From assembly GCF_035084215.1 (NCBI RefSeq), contig NC_090330.1, positions 16,616,001 through 16,680,000 of the forward strand: DNA of 64,000 nt, given 5' to 3'. This document shows, piece by piece, positions 26,011 to 39,312 of this stretch. A program made the position numbers and the translations under genes. Each line of letters begins with the position of its first letter. The first letter of the stretch is position 1. Origin of the DNA: Heptranchias perlo. Its lineage: Eukaryota. The notes below the pieces were generated by a model. That model worked only from the letters and a program-made list of their open reading frames with translations, had not been told where the DNA came from and did not search any database.

Positions 26011-27057
26011 CAGCTGGAGTAACCCATAAGATTAACAGTTCAGGGCACCTGTGACATTCATGACCACTGGCACTGCAGTGCCAATGTTGCAGGAGGGCTG
26101 CAGGTTGATTTAAAGCAATGTACAGAACTCATTGATGGCTTTATTTATGAAGTCCAGCCTCTACAAGCATTGTAGATGGAGAAGCACCCTATACTGTATA
26201 TTCTGGTCTGGTGGTACAGTGGCTGGGTGCTGAGCACCTCCTGTGGTGCCTCAGCAGCAAGGCCTCCCTCTGCTCCTCCTTTTCTTTCTCTTTTTTAAAA
26301 ACAAAGATGCAGGGGTATTCCCAATAGAAGACTCTTTGTGGCTTCTTTATAATTAAGTTGGGGGAAAAATGGGAAGTCCCACCACAGTAAGCACATAGAT
26401 ATCTGGTAAAGCAGTTGTCAGTGGGGAAAAAAATCAAAATTGGCTGAGAAATAAGCTTCCTGGGAATCTTTGTTAAAGTATCTACTGGCATTTTAAATCA
26501 ACTTTGCTTTTTTTTGCTGCCAACAATGCAACTTGCCTGTTTTTTATAGGCATGATTGATGCTCAGTGTTATGGAAAGAGATGGTAATGATGGAAAATGG
26601 GGTGGTTGACGTCAGCACATCATTACTGCCTAATTTAAATATGCCTGCCAGTTTTAGGGCAGGCACTTCCATTGTCTGCCGGAATTGACAATGAAAAATT
26701 GGGTGGGTGTAAAAATGGGCAGGGATACGGCGTTCTGGAACCCCACCCACCGGCATACTGCCCAAACATCAGGCAGTGTTACTAGGAAGAGCGAAAGGAC
26801 GATTTTACTCGCTGTTTCCCCACTGGGTGCTAGACAGGAGCAGTGTGCCAGAGGTATGATTTGCCTGTAATGGGAGGAGGAATCCCTTCAGTTTTCCTGG
26901 CCCGAGTACCCTCCCAATGCAGGCACCCCTGGCAGAACCTTTCTCGGTGTTTGTTGCTTGCTACATTTGATGGGCGACAGGGCAAGTGCATTATGATGGC
27001 TGCCCTGAAGACTGCTCTGGCAAAACAGGGGCATCCCTCTGCATTTTGAAAGTAAAT

Positions 27058-27400
27058 TACATAGAATGTACAGCACAGAGACAGGCCATTCGGCCCAATT
27101 GGTCCATGCCAGTGTCCATGCTGCACACAAGCCTCCTCCCACCCTACTTCATCTAACCCTATCAATATACCTTCCCTATTTCTTTCTCCCTCATATGCTT
27201 ATCTAGCTTCCCCTTAAATGCATCTATGTTGTTTGCCTCAACTATTCTTTGTGGTAGCGAGTTCCACATTCTAACCACTCTCTCTGGATTCCCTATTGGA
27301 TTTATTAGTGACTATCTTATATTTATGGCCCCTAGTCTTAGTCCCCCAAACAAGTGCAAATGTCTACCCTTTCACAATCTTATAGACCTCTATCAGGTAG
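27058..27400 (-). mobile_element. CR1 3' fragment
   Basis: ACATAGAATGTACAGCACAG tail; similar to 37037-37215. Confidence 0.75.
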
Positions 27401-27504
27401 CAGTGCATTGTCTCTTTTTTTTAAAATTCTGCACCACTTTACATTGAAGTGCTAATAAGATACTTGTAAGATAACAGTGTTAAATTATGCAAACTGTCCT
27501 TGAA

Positions 27505-27735
27505 CTTACCTTGTATGGGCCAGCAAATTTCTCCTTCACCTGCTCCCAGGTTCGAGCCAAGGGTGAGACAGCATTAAATCTCTTGGCTACTTCCATCTAG
27601 GCTGCTCTGGCAGTACTGTTGACTGGACGTTACCCCTCCACTCAAAGGATCTAACATTCTCTGTAGTACCTCCTACAGAAGCAAAGCCAAAGCAGTATTT
27701 TGAAATGATGCTGTTCTGCCTCTATTTTGTTTCTG
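27505..27735 (-). mobile_element. Harbinger Myb-like gene first-exon remnant
   Basis: MEVAKRFNAVSPLARTWEQVKEKF followed by an AAG|GTAAGT donor; in-frame stops upstream. Confidence 0.55.
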
Positions 27736-27984
27736 AAATTTTTCAAATTTGGATCCAATTTCCCTTTTAGGGTGACCAGCCACCCTTTTCTGAGCTGCTG
27801 ACACTGGATACTCCACCCCCTGACACCAATGCATTTCAAACATATCTAGCATTATCTGTTGATGATTTGTTTAAAAAGAACTGACCTTGCATTATGGAAC
27901 AGGGTCAGCAATAAATGCTACATGGTGCATACAGTGTGCCTAAAAGAGCACTGGTCCTAGTGTATCTGTGACAGGACTGCATTA

Positions 27985-29672
27985 TCATAGAATCATAGAA
28001 AGGTTACAGCACGGAAGGAGGCCATTCGGCCCATTGAATCTGCACCGGCTCTATGCAAGAGCAATCCAGCTAGTCCCTTTCCCCGTGGCCCTGCAAATTT
28101 TTTCCTTTTCAAGTACTTATCCAGTTCCCTTTTGAAGGCAATGATTGAATCTGCCTCCACCACCCCCTCGGCCAGTGCATTCCCGATCCGAACCACTTGC
28201 TGTGTATTAAAAAAATGTTTTTCCTCATGTCACCTTTGGTTCTTTTGCCAATCAACTTAAATCTATGTCCTCTGTTTCTTGACCCTTCTGCCAATGGGAA
28301 CAGTTTCTCTCTATCTACTGTCTAGACCCTTCATGATTTTGAATACCTCTATCAAATCTCCCAGCAACTATCTATGTCCAAGCTTCTCCAGTCTATCCTC
28401 ATATAAAGTCCCTCAACCCTGGAATCATTCTAGTAAATCTCTTCTGCACCCCTCTCTAAGGCCGTCACATCTTTTCTAAAATGTGGTGCCCAGAACTGGA
28501 CACAATACTCTAGTTGTGGCCGAACCAGTGTTTTATTAAGGTTCATCATGACTTCCATACTTTTGTACTCTATGCTTCTATTTATAAAGCCTAGGATCCC
28601 GTATGCTTTTTAACCATTTTCTCAACCTGCCCTGCCACCTTCAGTGATTTATGCACATAAACCCCCAGATCTCTCTGTTCCTGTACCCTTTTAGAGCTGT
28701 GCCCTCTAGTTTATATTGGCTCTCCTCGTTCTTCCTACCGAAATGTATCACTTCGTATTTTTCTGTGTTAAATTTCATCTGCCACGTGTCCTCCCATGCC
28801 ACCAGCCTGTCTTTATCCCCTTGAAGTCTATCACTATCCTCCTCATTGTTTACTACCCTTCCAAGTTTTGTATCATCTGCAAATTTTTGAAATTGTGCCC
28901 CGTACACCCAAGGCCAAGTCATCAATATATATCAAGAAAAGCAGTGGTCCCAGCACTGACCCAGGGGAACACCATTGTACACCTTCCTCTACTCCGAAAA
29001 ACAACCGTTCACCACTACTCTCTGTTTCCTGTCCCTTAGCCTATTCTGTGTCCATGTTGCTACTGCTCCCTTTATTCCATGGGCCACAATCTTAATGATC
29101 AGACTACGATGCGGCACTTTTTATCAAAAGCCTTTTGAAAGTCCATATACACCACATCAACTGCTTTGCCCTGATCTACCCTCTCTGTTACCTCATCAAA
29201 AAACTCTATCAGGTTAGTTAAACACGATTTGCCTTTAACATATTTGTGCTGGCTTTCCCTAATCAATCCACACTTCTCCAAGTGACTGTTAATTCTGTCC
29301 CGGATTATCATTTCTAAAAGTTTCCCCACCACCAAGGTTAAATTGACTGGCCTATAGTTGCTGGGTTTATCCTTACACCCTTTTTTGAACAAGGATGTAA
29401 CGTTTGCAATTCTCCAGTCCTCTGGCACCACCCCCGAATCTACGGATGTTTGGAAGATTATGACTAGTACCTCCGCAATTTCTACCCTTGCTTCCATCAG
29501 CAACCTAGGATGCATCCCATCCGGACCAGGTGACTTATCTACTTCAAGTACAGCTAGCCTTTCAAGTATCTCTTCTTTATCAATTTTTAGTCCATCCAGT
29601 ATCTCAACTATATTTTCCTTTACTGAGACTCTGGCAGCATCTTCTTCCTTGGTAAAGACAAATGCAAAATCA
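27985..29672 (-). mobile_element. CR1 LINE, 5'-truncated
   Basis: KSPGPDGMHPRLL...YMDFQKAFDK, KFADDTKLG and GATTCTAT tail; same family as 57140-58712. Confidence 0.93.
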
Positions 29673-29929
29673 TCTAGAGATAAAACAAATTGAAGAAAGA
29701 TATTAAAGGGCATGAAGAAAGAGCAGGGAAACGTGATTAAAGTATCGGGAGATGAAATTGGTCTTGGGTGATAGCACAAAACTGTCAACAGCGAATCAGC
29801 AGTCCCTTTTACACCCTGCTTAATTTCTTTTCTGTTGACTTGCACGGAAAAGAAAATCAGGGGGATGTAAAACGGGCAGCCCATTCGCTATTGCCTGTTT
29901 TGAGCTACTGCCCCAACACCAATTTCATC

Positions 29930-30150
29930 CCCGATATCTCTCCAGTTTTTTTTCTCTCCCCAAACTGCTGTTGCTGCCGGGTTGTGATTCCACCGATGCT
30001 CTCAGTCCTCTGCAACCATGCCGTAGTGACCATTCTTAATGGTGTGTGTCTTCTATTTCCTAATTGTGTGCTCCTTCCAGTGTCACCTGTCCAGTGTCCT
30101 CCGTCCAGGCAATGCTGGGAGAGCAAGAGGATCCCGCAGCAAATGGTCCA
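29930..30150 (-). mobile_element. Possible Harbinger Myb-like remnant
   Basis: RRHTPLRMVTTAWLQRTESIGGITTRQQQQFGERKK loosely fits the Myb_DNA-bind_5 pattern. Confidence 0.35.
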
Positions 30151-32649
30151 CTAATGGACAACACCTCTGTTAATAGGGGGCATATCTTCTAGTCCCTGCT
30201 TTGTTGCTCATTAGAGCTAGGATTATGCTGTCATGGAGCAATGAACTTAAAAGAATGCACACAAAAGTCAGCAGCAAATACTTCCTGCTTTTCTCAAAGT
30301 TGTCTGCAGTGACTTTGTAAGTGTATATTTTACCTTTTTGTCTTTTATTGCATTTATTTAAGTGCATTTTTTTGCAGTGCACTTTAATTTAGACCTTCAA
30401 GGGGGCAATTTTCCTGAGCTTTGACCTGGGGAAACATCCATTCTCTAGATGCATGGGTCAGCTAAGAGGGGTTTGACACCCAATTTGTTGGCTTCCTTTC
30501 CCCCCTCACCCCCACATTACATTGCCTGGGATTCCCAGGACCTCCCTGAGGAGCAGAGCAGGATGTGTGTCTGCAATAGGTGTCTGACCAACATACCCAT
30601 GTAAATAGGGTGGGATGGGCATTTCCAGCCTCCCTGCCAGAGGTCTGGGGTGTCCAGATAGAGGGAGGCCCCAAAGTGACTGGTCGTGAGCTTGTGCTGG
30701 GACCTCCTTCAGATTGGAGGATCTGAGGGACCTGTCAATAAGCCTGAGGAACCAAATTATAAGTTTAAAAATGTGACTACTCACCCACCAGATCTTCAAA
30801 CCTTGGGGCCTTCTAGATGGTGTTAGCTACACTGAACTGCACTTGTCTAACCAGATCTTATCTGCCCACTCTTCTAGTCTCCTACATTCTTCCTCATAAT
30901 TTGCTATGTCCCTAATTTGGTATGGACAAATCTTTGTCATTCCTTCTAAACCCATGTCCAAAATATTTATTTATATGAAGACCAAGAGAGATTGTAACTC
31001 AATATATATTGCCAATCCAAAAACCATCCATTTTCTTCTACTTTCTGGTTTCTGGCATTCAGACATCCTTCTATTCATGCTGTCACTTTACCTTTAATGC
31101 CATGTGCCTTAACTTCGCAACAAATCTCTTATTTGAGATTTTTTTGGGGAAACTTTCTGAAAGTCCATTTATAATGCATCTATTTCACCCCCTTTGTCTA
31201 TGCGCTTGGTAACATCCTAGATGAATTCTGTTAAATTAGTCAAGTTTGACCTGCTTTTCAAAAGTCTGTGTTTGCTGTCTCTGATTTAACCCATACCTCT
31301 CTAAGTGTTCACTAATGTTATCCCTTTTTATAGTCTCCAGCAAAATATGTTAAAATAATGATGGCAGTCAACAAAGTAGATGTTTAGTGGTAATCTCTGT
31401 GTGTTCGGGGTGGGGGGGTTGGAAATAGAAGAAACAAAGGACATGATTATAAACTGCTAAAATCCACTGCCGATTTAAGGTATAATTTCTTCACTGGTCA
31501 ATATGTGGAATAGGCTGCCACCCAGTGTTACAAAGCTGGATCCATTACACCTGCTAAATTATTGATCAGATTATTTACAATTAAATGAAAAACAGAAGCA
31601 AAGGTATAGACAAAATATTATGCAGTATTAGTGGTAATTTTTCAATACTTACAGCTAGGATGACTGTTTAAAAGAATCTGTGATTCTCCAGCTTCTTCTG
31701 CAAACCTCTTCAAAATGACACAATCTCTGTTGAGAAGACATAAGCATTAGTTTACGTAATTGTATATACCTGAACATGTATTGGAACAATTAACAGAACT
31801 AAAAACTAACACAGTCTTGGGACCTTTTTCCATTTGATTTCTTTTCATATTGGAGCAATCTTTATGAAGCTTGCCTTTTAGCAAACAGAATCTTAACAGT
31901 CTAATATTGCAGCAGACGATACAATGATAATCTGGAACCTTTGTTTCCTCCCTTTGGATTTCATGCATCTCAATGAGAGTCTCTTAACCTGTGTCAACAA
32001 TTGGAAATAATATTTTACAGTACCAGAATAATTGCACATACAATATTCCTGTCTGCTATCAGATCTTAATAAACTTCTTAATTGTTCGCTATGACGGTAC
32101 AATATTTCAGTATGCTGAGAACAATTTGTCACCTTCAAAGAGAATTAACTGAATTATTCTAATTCAGGATAACTGGGTTAAAACTCTGAAATATAAAAAA
32201 GCAGGCTGCTGACTTGCTGGGAGTTTTCTTTTTAATACATTAAAAATAAGCTAGCAACAAATTTCCTAATTCATAACAAGGATTTTTAAATTCATTTTAA
32301 TCCTAATGTATCCAATTGCCTAATATCAATTTTTTAAAGAAGTGTTGCTCACCTATTTATTAACCGGTATGGTCTTAATACCAAAAGTATGAAATATTTC
32401 TTAGAACTTGTAAAATAACAAGAATCACCAATTACCTGGATTTAGCCTGAAGACTGAGTTTTGCAATAGTGTCTTGACTTCACACCAGATCGCACAAAAT
32501 TTAATGTGTGAAATAAAATTTGCTGTTGAAAAACGATGCATCCCAGTGTATAGTGCGCTTGTTACAGTATGGCTGTCACATCAAATTTATCAAAGTATAG
32601 GGCTACCAAATTTGAATCAACGAATGTGTGCTTATGTTTTTAAAAATTC

Positions 32650-32950
32650 TTTCTTGGGATGTGTGCTTCACTGACAAGGCCAGCATTTATTGCCCATCCC
32701 CAGTTGCCCTGAGTAGATGATGATGAGGCTGCTTTTTAAATCGCTGCAGCCCGTGTGGTATGCAGCAGTTTGATACAACTGAGTGACTTGCTGGGCCACT
32801 TAAGAGTCAATCACATTGATGTGGGATTTTTTTTTTAAACTAATTTCAAATTCTTAATCTGCCATGTGGAATTTGAACTCATATTCTCTGGGTTATTAGA
32901 CAAGCCCTCTGCATTACTAGTTCAGGAATATAACCATTATGCCACCATGC
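32650..32950 (-). mobile_element. SINE with LINE-derived tail
   Basis: Tail CAAGGCCAGCATTTATTGCCCATCCC shared with the LINE at 17540; tRNA-like head at the right end. Confidence 0.6.
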
Positions 32951-34649
32951 CTGCATGTAAGCAATGTGCTATATGTTACAGAGGAACACAAAGTGTGCAG
33001 ATAATATAACCTGGCTGGCATAATTGAGGCAGCATTATGCAATATGCCTCACAGGCACTACTCATGAGATATAACATGACATAGAGTATGTAACATAGCA
33101 GAGTCTCAGCCTCAGTCATATTCGTTACAATACATATTGAACAAATACCTGGAGGACTAAGTGGGGTAATGGGTTATTACACTGGTCCTTCACCTCTGAA
33201 ACCTGGATCTGAACCCATTCCAGATGAATGGGATTTTCCTCTGTTGGCTATTAAGGTTTTATGTGAACACGGTTTGAGCTGTCTCAATTAAGTTCCTGGT
33301 TGGTATGGGCCCACAGCGTAATTGCCATTAATTGGTAATTTAACTTCTGGTGTCCATATGGATTATTGATGAGGGAAATGGGAAAAGTCTCTTTCATATG
33401 GGAAAGGATGCCATCCCGAAGGTGGGGTTAAAGCACCTTGATGAGGCAGAGTAAAGGCAGCTTTACTTTGTAGCCAGTTATGCCATACCCATTCTGGGAG
33501 TGTCAGATATGGGTGAAAATTCCCAGCACTGATATTCTTCACCTTGACCAGCATCAAAACTTAAAACAGATACTTGAGTGTGTTTGCAATGCTGTTGTGA
33601 AAGAGGAGTTTGGATAATGTCATAAAACATGTAAGTGAAATGCAATCAAGTTATATCCATCACCTGAACCTGAAAATAAAACGATAACATTGAAATCATT
33701 CCCATATACATGTTACTTTTTTCTGTCTTCACAAACTCCGCCAGTATGTTCAGGCAGTTTTGCTTCGCTGATTTAGGTTGTCATGGCCGCTATCAGCAGG
33801 CAGGATGTTCCTTGCAGTAAAATTGAAGGATAGGCAATTTCGATCTAGTCACCGATAGTGTGATAATTCACAGCTGATTACCAGAAATAACACTGATCAC
33901 AATCTAGTATATGACATAGAAATTAACATTTTAACCCCCTATGAGAGGGGCAGCATAGCTGCTGTGTTGAATATCAAGGAAACAGTATCATTGCCAAGCT
34001 TAAATCAACAAGTTTTAAAGGGGTATTTTCAGGGCAGGGTATTTTATAGGGATTCACCTAATTTAACTTGTGCTGTGATGACCTCGGGGAATAGTGTCCA
34101 TTGCAGTGATACTGTAACCACTGCATGGGGAGATTTCTGCAGTTCCCACAATGTTTTTTATAAGTTAACTCAATGGAGTTTATTTTCATCTGTGCAGCAC
34201 TTCTAGCACGTTGGTTATTGAGTTGGGTTAAATTATTGTCTGTGGTATTTTAACACACTTGTTAAATCATTTATTTTAAATGACTACTTTAAAATAATGC
34301 AGACAGAAATCTATCGCCAAAGTATCAAAAATAGCATTCAGAAGAAATTAAACCTCAATGTATTGATAGGATGCAGTGTATACTGACCTGATCTCATGTA
34401 CAGAATTTTTTTAAGTTATGAAAAGTGTTGTATTACACACTTCTATGTCACTGCCCCCATTCTTATGAAGAATTTTAAAAAGGCTTTGTTTATCAATGTA
34501 CAAACTTTTTCCAGTACATTGTGCTTTTGTCAATATCATAAAAATAGTTATAGCACAGAAACAGGCCATTTGGCTCATCAAGTCTGCCTTTAATGTAGCA
34601 AAATGTCCCACAGCGCTGCATAGTTGTGAGTCAGGCCTGATCATTATTT

Positions 34650-35830
34650 AGTTTCATCCTCCCTCCCTTCTTAAAAAATGGAGTGACATTTGCAATTTTT
34701 CAATCCAAAAGGCACAATTCCTGAATCTAGGGAGCTTTGGAAAATTATGACTAGTACATCAGCAATTTCCTCACATTTCTTTTAATACTCCTGAGGTGGA
34801 AACCATCAGGTCCTGGAGATTTTTCTGGCTTAAGTCCCATTATTTTCTCCATTACTATTTTTTAATAGCCGCTCAATTCCTCCCTTTGACTTATTTTTAG
34901 GTTCCCTTGTATTTTGTTCTATTCCTCCACTAACTAACAAAGTACTCATTTAGCAAATCTGCCATTTTATTGTCCATTATAGTCTCAAATGCATCTGTTT
35001 TTAATCAGCTCACATTTCCCTTTACCTCTTTTTAAAATATATTTATGAAAGCTTTTTCTGTTAGCTTTGATATCCCTTGCAAGTTTTTTTTCATATTCCT
35101 TTTTGCACCTCTTATTGCTTTTTTTGTATCCCCTTGTCGCTTTTTATAGCTTCCCCCGGTCCACTGGATTTTCACTTTTTCTTGCATTTGTGCAATCATT
35201 TTCTTTTAGCTTTTTACTATCTCTTACCTCATTTGTCGACCATGGGTTGCTCAACTACACAAGTGGAGCCTTTGCCTTTTAGGGGTATTAACTGGTTTTG
35301 TATGGTAGAAAATATGCCTTTCAATACTTCTCACTGTTTGTCTGTAAGTTTACCCATTAACAATCCAGCCTAGTTTACTGTGGTTAATTAATTTCTCATC
35401 CCGTTTACATTTGCCTTACTTAAATGGTTTGTGACTTTTTTTCTCTCTCTCTCTCAAATCTAATATCAAATTCAATCATAGTATGGTCAGTATTTGCAAG
35501 ATATTTCCTTAATGTCAGATTGCGAACTAATTCTGGTTCATTACTCATCACTAAATCTAGAATGGCCTGTTCCCTTGTCAATTCTAAAACATTTTTCTAG
35601 AAAACTATCCTGAATATATTCTAGACATTCATTGCCTTTACTACTTGAGCAGTTCTGCTTCTCCCAGTCTATGAAAATTAAAATCTCCCATCATAACCAC
35701 ATTGTTTTTGCTACATGCTTCTCTGATCTCTGTATTGACACATTTACCCCCCCTCCCCGCCCTGATTATATCACTACTATCAGGAGCTCTGTAGACAACC
35801 CCCACCAGAATCTTGCATCCTTTATCTTCT
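34650..35830 (-). mobile_element. Old CR1 ORF2 fragment (endonuclease-to-RT linker)
   Basis: Degenerate similarity to 62250-63300 (KKLARDI, KSPGPDGFHL). Confidence 0.7.
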
Positions 35831-36014
35831 ATTGCTGGAGTGCCTTCTGGTCATGACACAATTAAAGTAAAATTCATTAAGTGTCACATTTTGAGATATT
35901 TTACAGTGTATTTGTATGAACAAAGATATTTGGGCTGTTATGTGTCTCAGTTACACACATGCACATAAATAGACAGGAACACTAGTAATTTGTGGGCAAG
36001 CACTAGCAAAATTA

Positions 36015-36275
36015 CCATGAAAGCTGGTGGATTGTGAAAACACCCAAATGTTTCATTCACGCTCTTCAGGGAAGGAAACTGACCACCTCTTCCTGGTCTG
36101 GTTTATATGTGACTCCTGTCCCACACTATGTTGTTTAATCTTAATGCCCTCTGAAGTGGCCTAGCAAGCCAGTCAATTGTAAAAAGAACTGATCTGGAAG
36201 GCCAACCACCACCTTCTCAGGACAAGTAGAAATGGGCAATAAATATGGCCTTGGCAGGATTGCCCACACCCAAGG
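36015..36275 (+). mobile_element. SINE 3' portion
   Basis: CCACCACCTTCTCAGG...GGGCAATAAAT...CCCACA tail plus SINE core. Confidence 0.55.
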
Positions 36276-37036
36276 GACTTTTTTTTAAAAATGTTGCTAT
36301 TTAATCAGTCTACCTTCTGACCTATGTAGTTAGACACAATCCATGCTGTAAACTAAATTTACATAGTCTGTTTTAAAAGAAAAACAAAAGGTTTTCCGTT
36401 TTCCTTAGTTGTGACACAGAACAGCTGGTGTTAATTTCAAGCACTGCTGGAAACAGTGTTAGCCCTTCCATTCATCTACTTATATCCAGGCCTTGTAAAT
36501 TATATAGAGCATGCTCACTCACCTTAGGTCCAGATTTTTTTCTTTGAAAGACACTGAAATCTCATTCTCCTTTCTGAACTGATGCTGAAATCAGAATTAA
36601 GCCTTCATCAATTTTCATTCTCATTCAAATAACGTTTTCTGTGCTGAATGAGCTCTCGTGCCTGCAAATGGATAATGTCTGTACACTGATGGTAGGACAG
36701 TCTGTGGTCCCTTAATAAGGTTTGTTTGGATTCCATGGATACTGTAATAACCTTTCCTGCTTAACCTTGCTAAGGGGGAATTCACATTTAACAAATACTG
36801 GCTGATCTCCGTGACTGAGCTTTTAATGGTTTATCATTAACTGAAGCATTCTGTAAAAGGCTGAGGTACGTGGCACACACTCAGCCATTGAAAGGAATAA
36901 TTTGTTCTGTGGCTTTCAGCTAACCTCTGATCTTTCTGGCACACAATACCACATGCAAAGTTAAAGACAGTGAACATTGCATATCTGTGAAATTAAATCA
37001 GGCAGATTTGGTCAGAAATAACAGCAGGGGATAGCT

Positions 37037-37215
37037 ACATAGAATATACAACACAGAAACAGGCCATTTGGCCCAACTGGTACATGGCGATGTTTATGCT
37101 CCACACGAGCCTCCTCCCACCACTCTTCATCTAACCCTATCAGCATAACCTTCTATTCCTTTCTCCCTCATGTGTTGATCTAGCTTCCCCTTAAATGCAT
37201 CTATGCTATTCGCAT
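37037..37215 (-). mobile_element. CR1 3' fragment
   Basis: Near-identical to 27058-27240. Confidence 0.75.
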
Positions 37216-38063
37216 ACTAAAGGATAGTAAAAGGAACAATTCCTACACCTGCAAGTGCTTAACAGAAACTCACCTGGATCACTAGCATGTTGATGAATGA
37301 TAGGGTTTAATATCAGCAATTCTCGACCAGGCTGCCTGGGAGGGTTGCCAAGTGGAGAGAAACGGAAAATAACGCATTATATCAATCCAGGCCGTGCATA
37401 CCTCCTAGCAATTGCTTAAAGAATGGTGTTGGCAGAGGTCTAAAGGCACAATGCCCAATTATCTGGTACATTGTTTGTGGGAGTGACCTCAAGTAAAGAG
37501 TATTGCATGGGGCAATATAAATAAAAATTAATAAAATATGTTTCCAGAATTGAATATTTAATGACGGACTTGGGCTTCCAAGGATTGTATTGCACTTTTA
37601 CAAATTGATTTGCATAACGTTGAAACTGCCTTCAAGGTGCTCATTGGTAATACGGAGGATACAGAATTACACGCACGACACACACACATATCATCCTCCA
37701 CTACTTAATTGTTTCAAAAGGAGTCTATTCTGTACTTTCAGAACAGAGCCTTCCTTTAAATTTTCAGGCGTAAAACAGGCACATCATTGACTAATTTAGC
37801 AGTGGGACGGCCCGTGCCCAATCTACATGAGCGTACAAAGCTCTACACTGACTGAGTAAATTTGTAAAATTACATCTATTTTTTAATGGTGTTGCTAAAA
37901 GCAAACCTGAATGTTGTGTGACAAAGAACTGTTGTGTGTGTGTGTGTGTGTATATCCAGTTTTCTATTGTAGTGCCATAGTGTAGCCATTGCCTAATGAG
38001 TTGAGAGATAGACGATAAAATTAAAATATTTAAAAATTGTCGGCCAGCCCTGTTGAGACCACA

Positions 38064-38238
38064 GGGTAGATTTTCGTCTTCATTGCCTGGGCAGTATGGA
38101 TTACCCACCCTCTCATAGAGCCTGCATGATGTTCATTTCATTGAAATCAATGGAAAGAAAATCAGGCAGGTTCTATAAAGGGTGGGCAATCTGCTCCTCC
38201 AGATTACTGCCCCAGCAGTGTAAACAAAAATCCACCCC
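38064..38238. mobile_element. Palindromic MITE
   Basis: Ends GGGTAGATTTT / AAAATCCACCC; inner arms CCCACCCT..ATAGAGCCTGC vs GCAGGTTCTAT..AGGGTGGG around a CATTGAAATCAATG centre. Confidence 0.65.
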
Positions 38239-38667
38239 CACATTTCTGGTGGTGTTGTAAAGTCACCACATCAAAATGTAATGTATTAAAGAAAAATCTG
38301 AGGAAAGATTTAGAATTTGATACATGAAACTCCATCCTACCATGGTGTATCATGGTAGTACATCAGCATACTGTTACGTCAGGTCTCTTTAGCTCAGAGT
38401 TAACTTCAGTTTATTTTCTGATCAAGATCAAAACCATTTGTATATTTATTAATCTTGACCCAAACCAAGGATTGTTCACTTTTTGCTGGGACCGTTATAC
38501 AAATTCAATGGATTTCCAACTGAGACTTTTGTACAAAGCTAGCTTTCAACAAACTCCCACGTGTTGCACTCATTATCAGCATAATCACTTCTAGGTAAAT
38601 TGTAGCACGCATTAGATGCAAAGTACACCTTGCTGTAGTTTACCCTAACACCAAACTCGGAAAGGAA

Positions 38668-39045
38668 GAACTTGCCTTTCACGACCTCAGGATGTCCCAA
38701 AGCACTTTACTGCCAATGAATTACTTTTTAAGTGCAACTGTTGTAATGTAAGGAAATGCGGTAGCCAATTTGCACTATAGCGAGGCCTCACAAACAGGAA
38801 TGTCATAACCAGGACACTGGGGAGAACTCCCTTTTTCTTTTTCGAAATAATGCCATGGGATCTTTTACATCCACCTGAGACAGCAGACAGGGCCTTGGTT
38901 TAACATCTTATCCAAAAGACAGTATCTCCGACAGTGCAGTACTTCCTCAGTACTGCACAGAAATGTCAGCCTCTGGAGTGGGCTTGAACCCACTACCTTC
39001 TGACTCAGAGGCGAGAGTGCTACTTTATGAGCCATGGCTGACACT
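38668..39045 (-). mobile_element. tRNA-derived SINE, near full length
   Basis: Minus-strand head GTCAGCCATGGCTC...TGAGTCAGAAGGTAGTGGGTTCAAGCCC; 3' parts recur near 40505, 44450, 46625, 50018 and 58780. Confidence 0.7.
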
Positions 39046-39135
39046 ACTTCAGAAGAGTACTTCTTACTGCACCAGTGTGATTTTTCCACTTCCAACAACA
39101 CCCATCCTTGCAGCCTCTCAATTTGAAGGTAGAAA

Positions 39136-39312
39136 TTCCTCTGTGTATATTTTTTAACAAACTGGTTAATGCATTTGGATGAAATTCCTCTGTTTGCTAT
39201 TTTAATACAGTTGTTTCATTTTAAACAGGTTTCTCAATTCAGTAAAATAGTGAACAGAGGAAGTTCACTCCAACACATTAACAACATTGTTTAAAAATCA
39301 TACACAGATGAA
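39136..39312. repeat. Degenerate inverted repeat (arms about 70 bp)
   Basis: TTCCTCTGTGTATATTTTTTAACAA...TTCCTCTGTTTGCTATTTTA pairs with TAAAATAGTGAACAGAGGAA...TTGTTTAAAAATCATACACAGATGAA. Confidence 0.65.

Noticed and set aside
29673-29884. Apparent novel N-terminus on the 261-aa RT ORF
   Set aside because: Chance read-through from flanking DNA into a truncated CR1.
38980-39045. tRNA gene-like sequence
   Set aside because: It is the head of a SINE continuing into SINE body; no complete cloverleaf.
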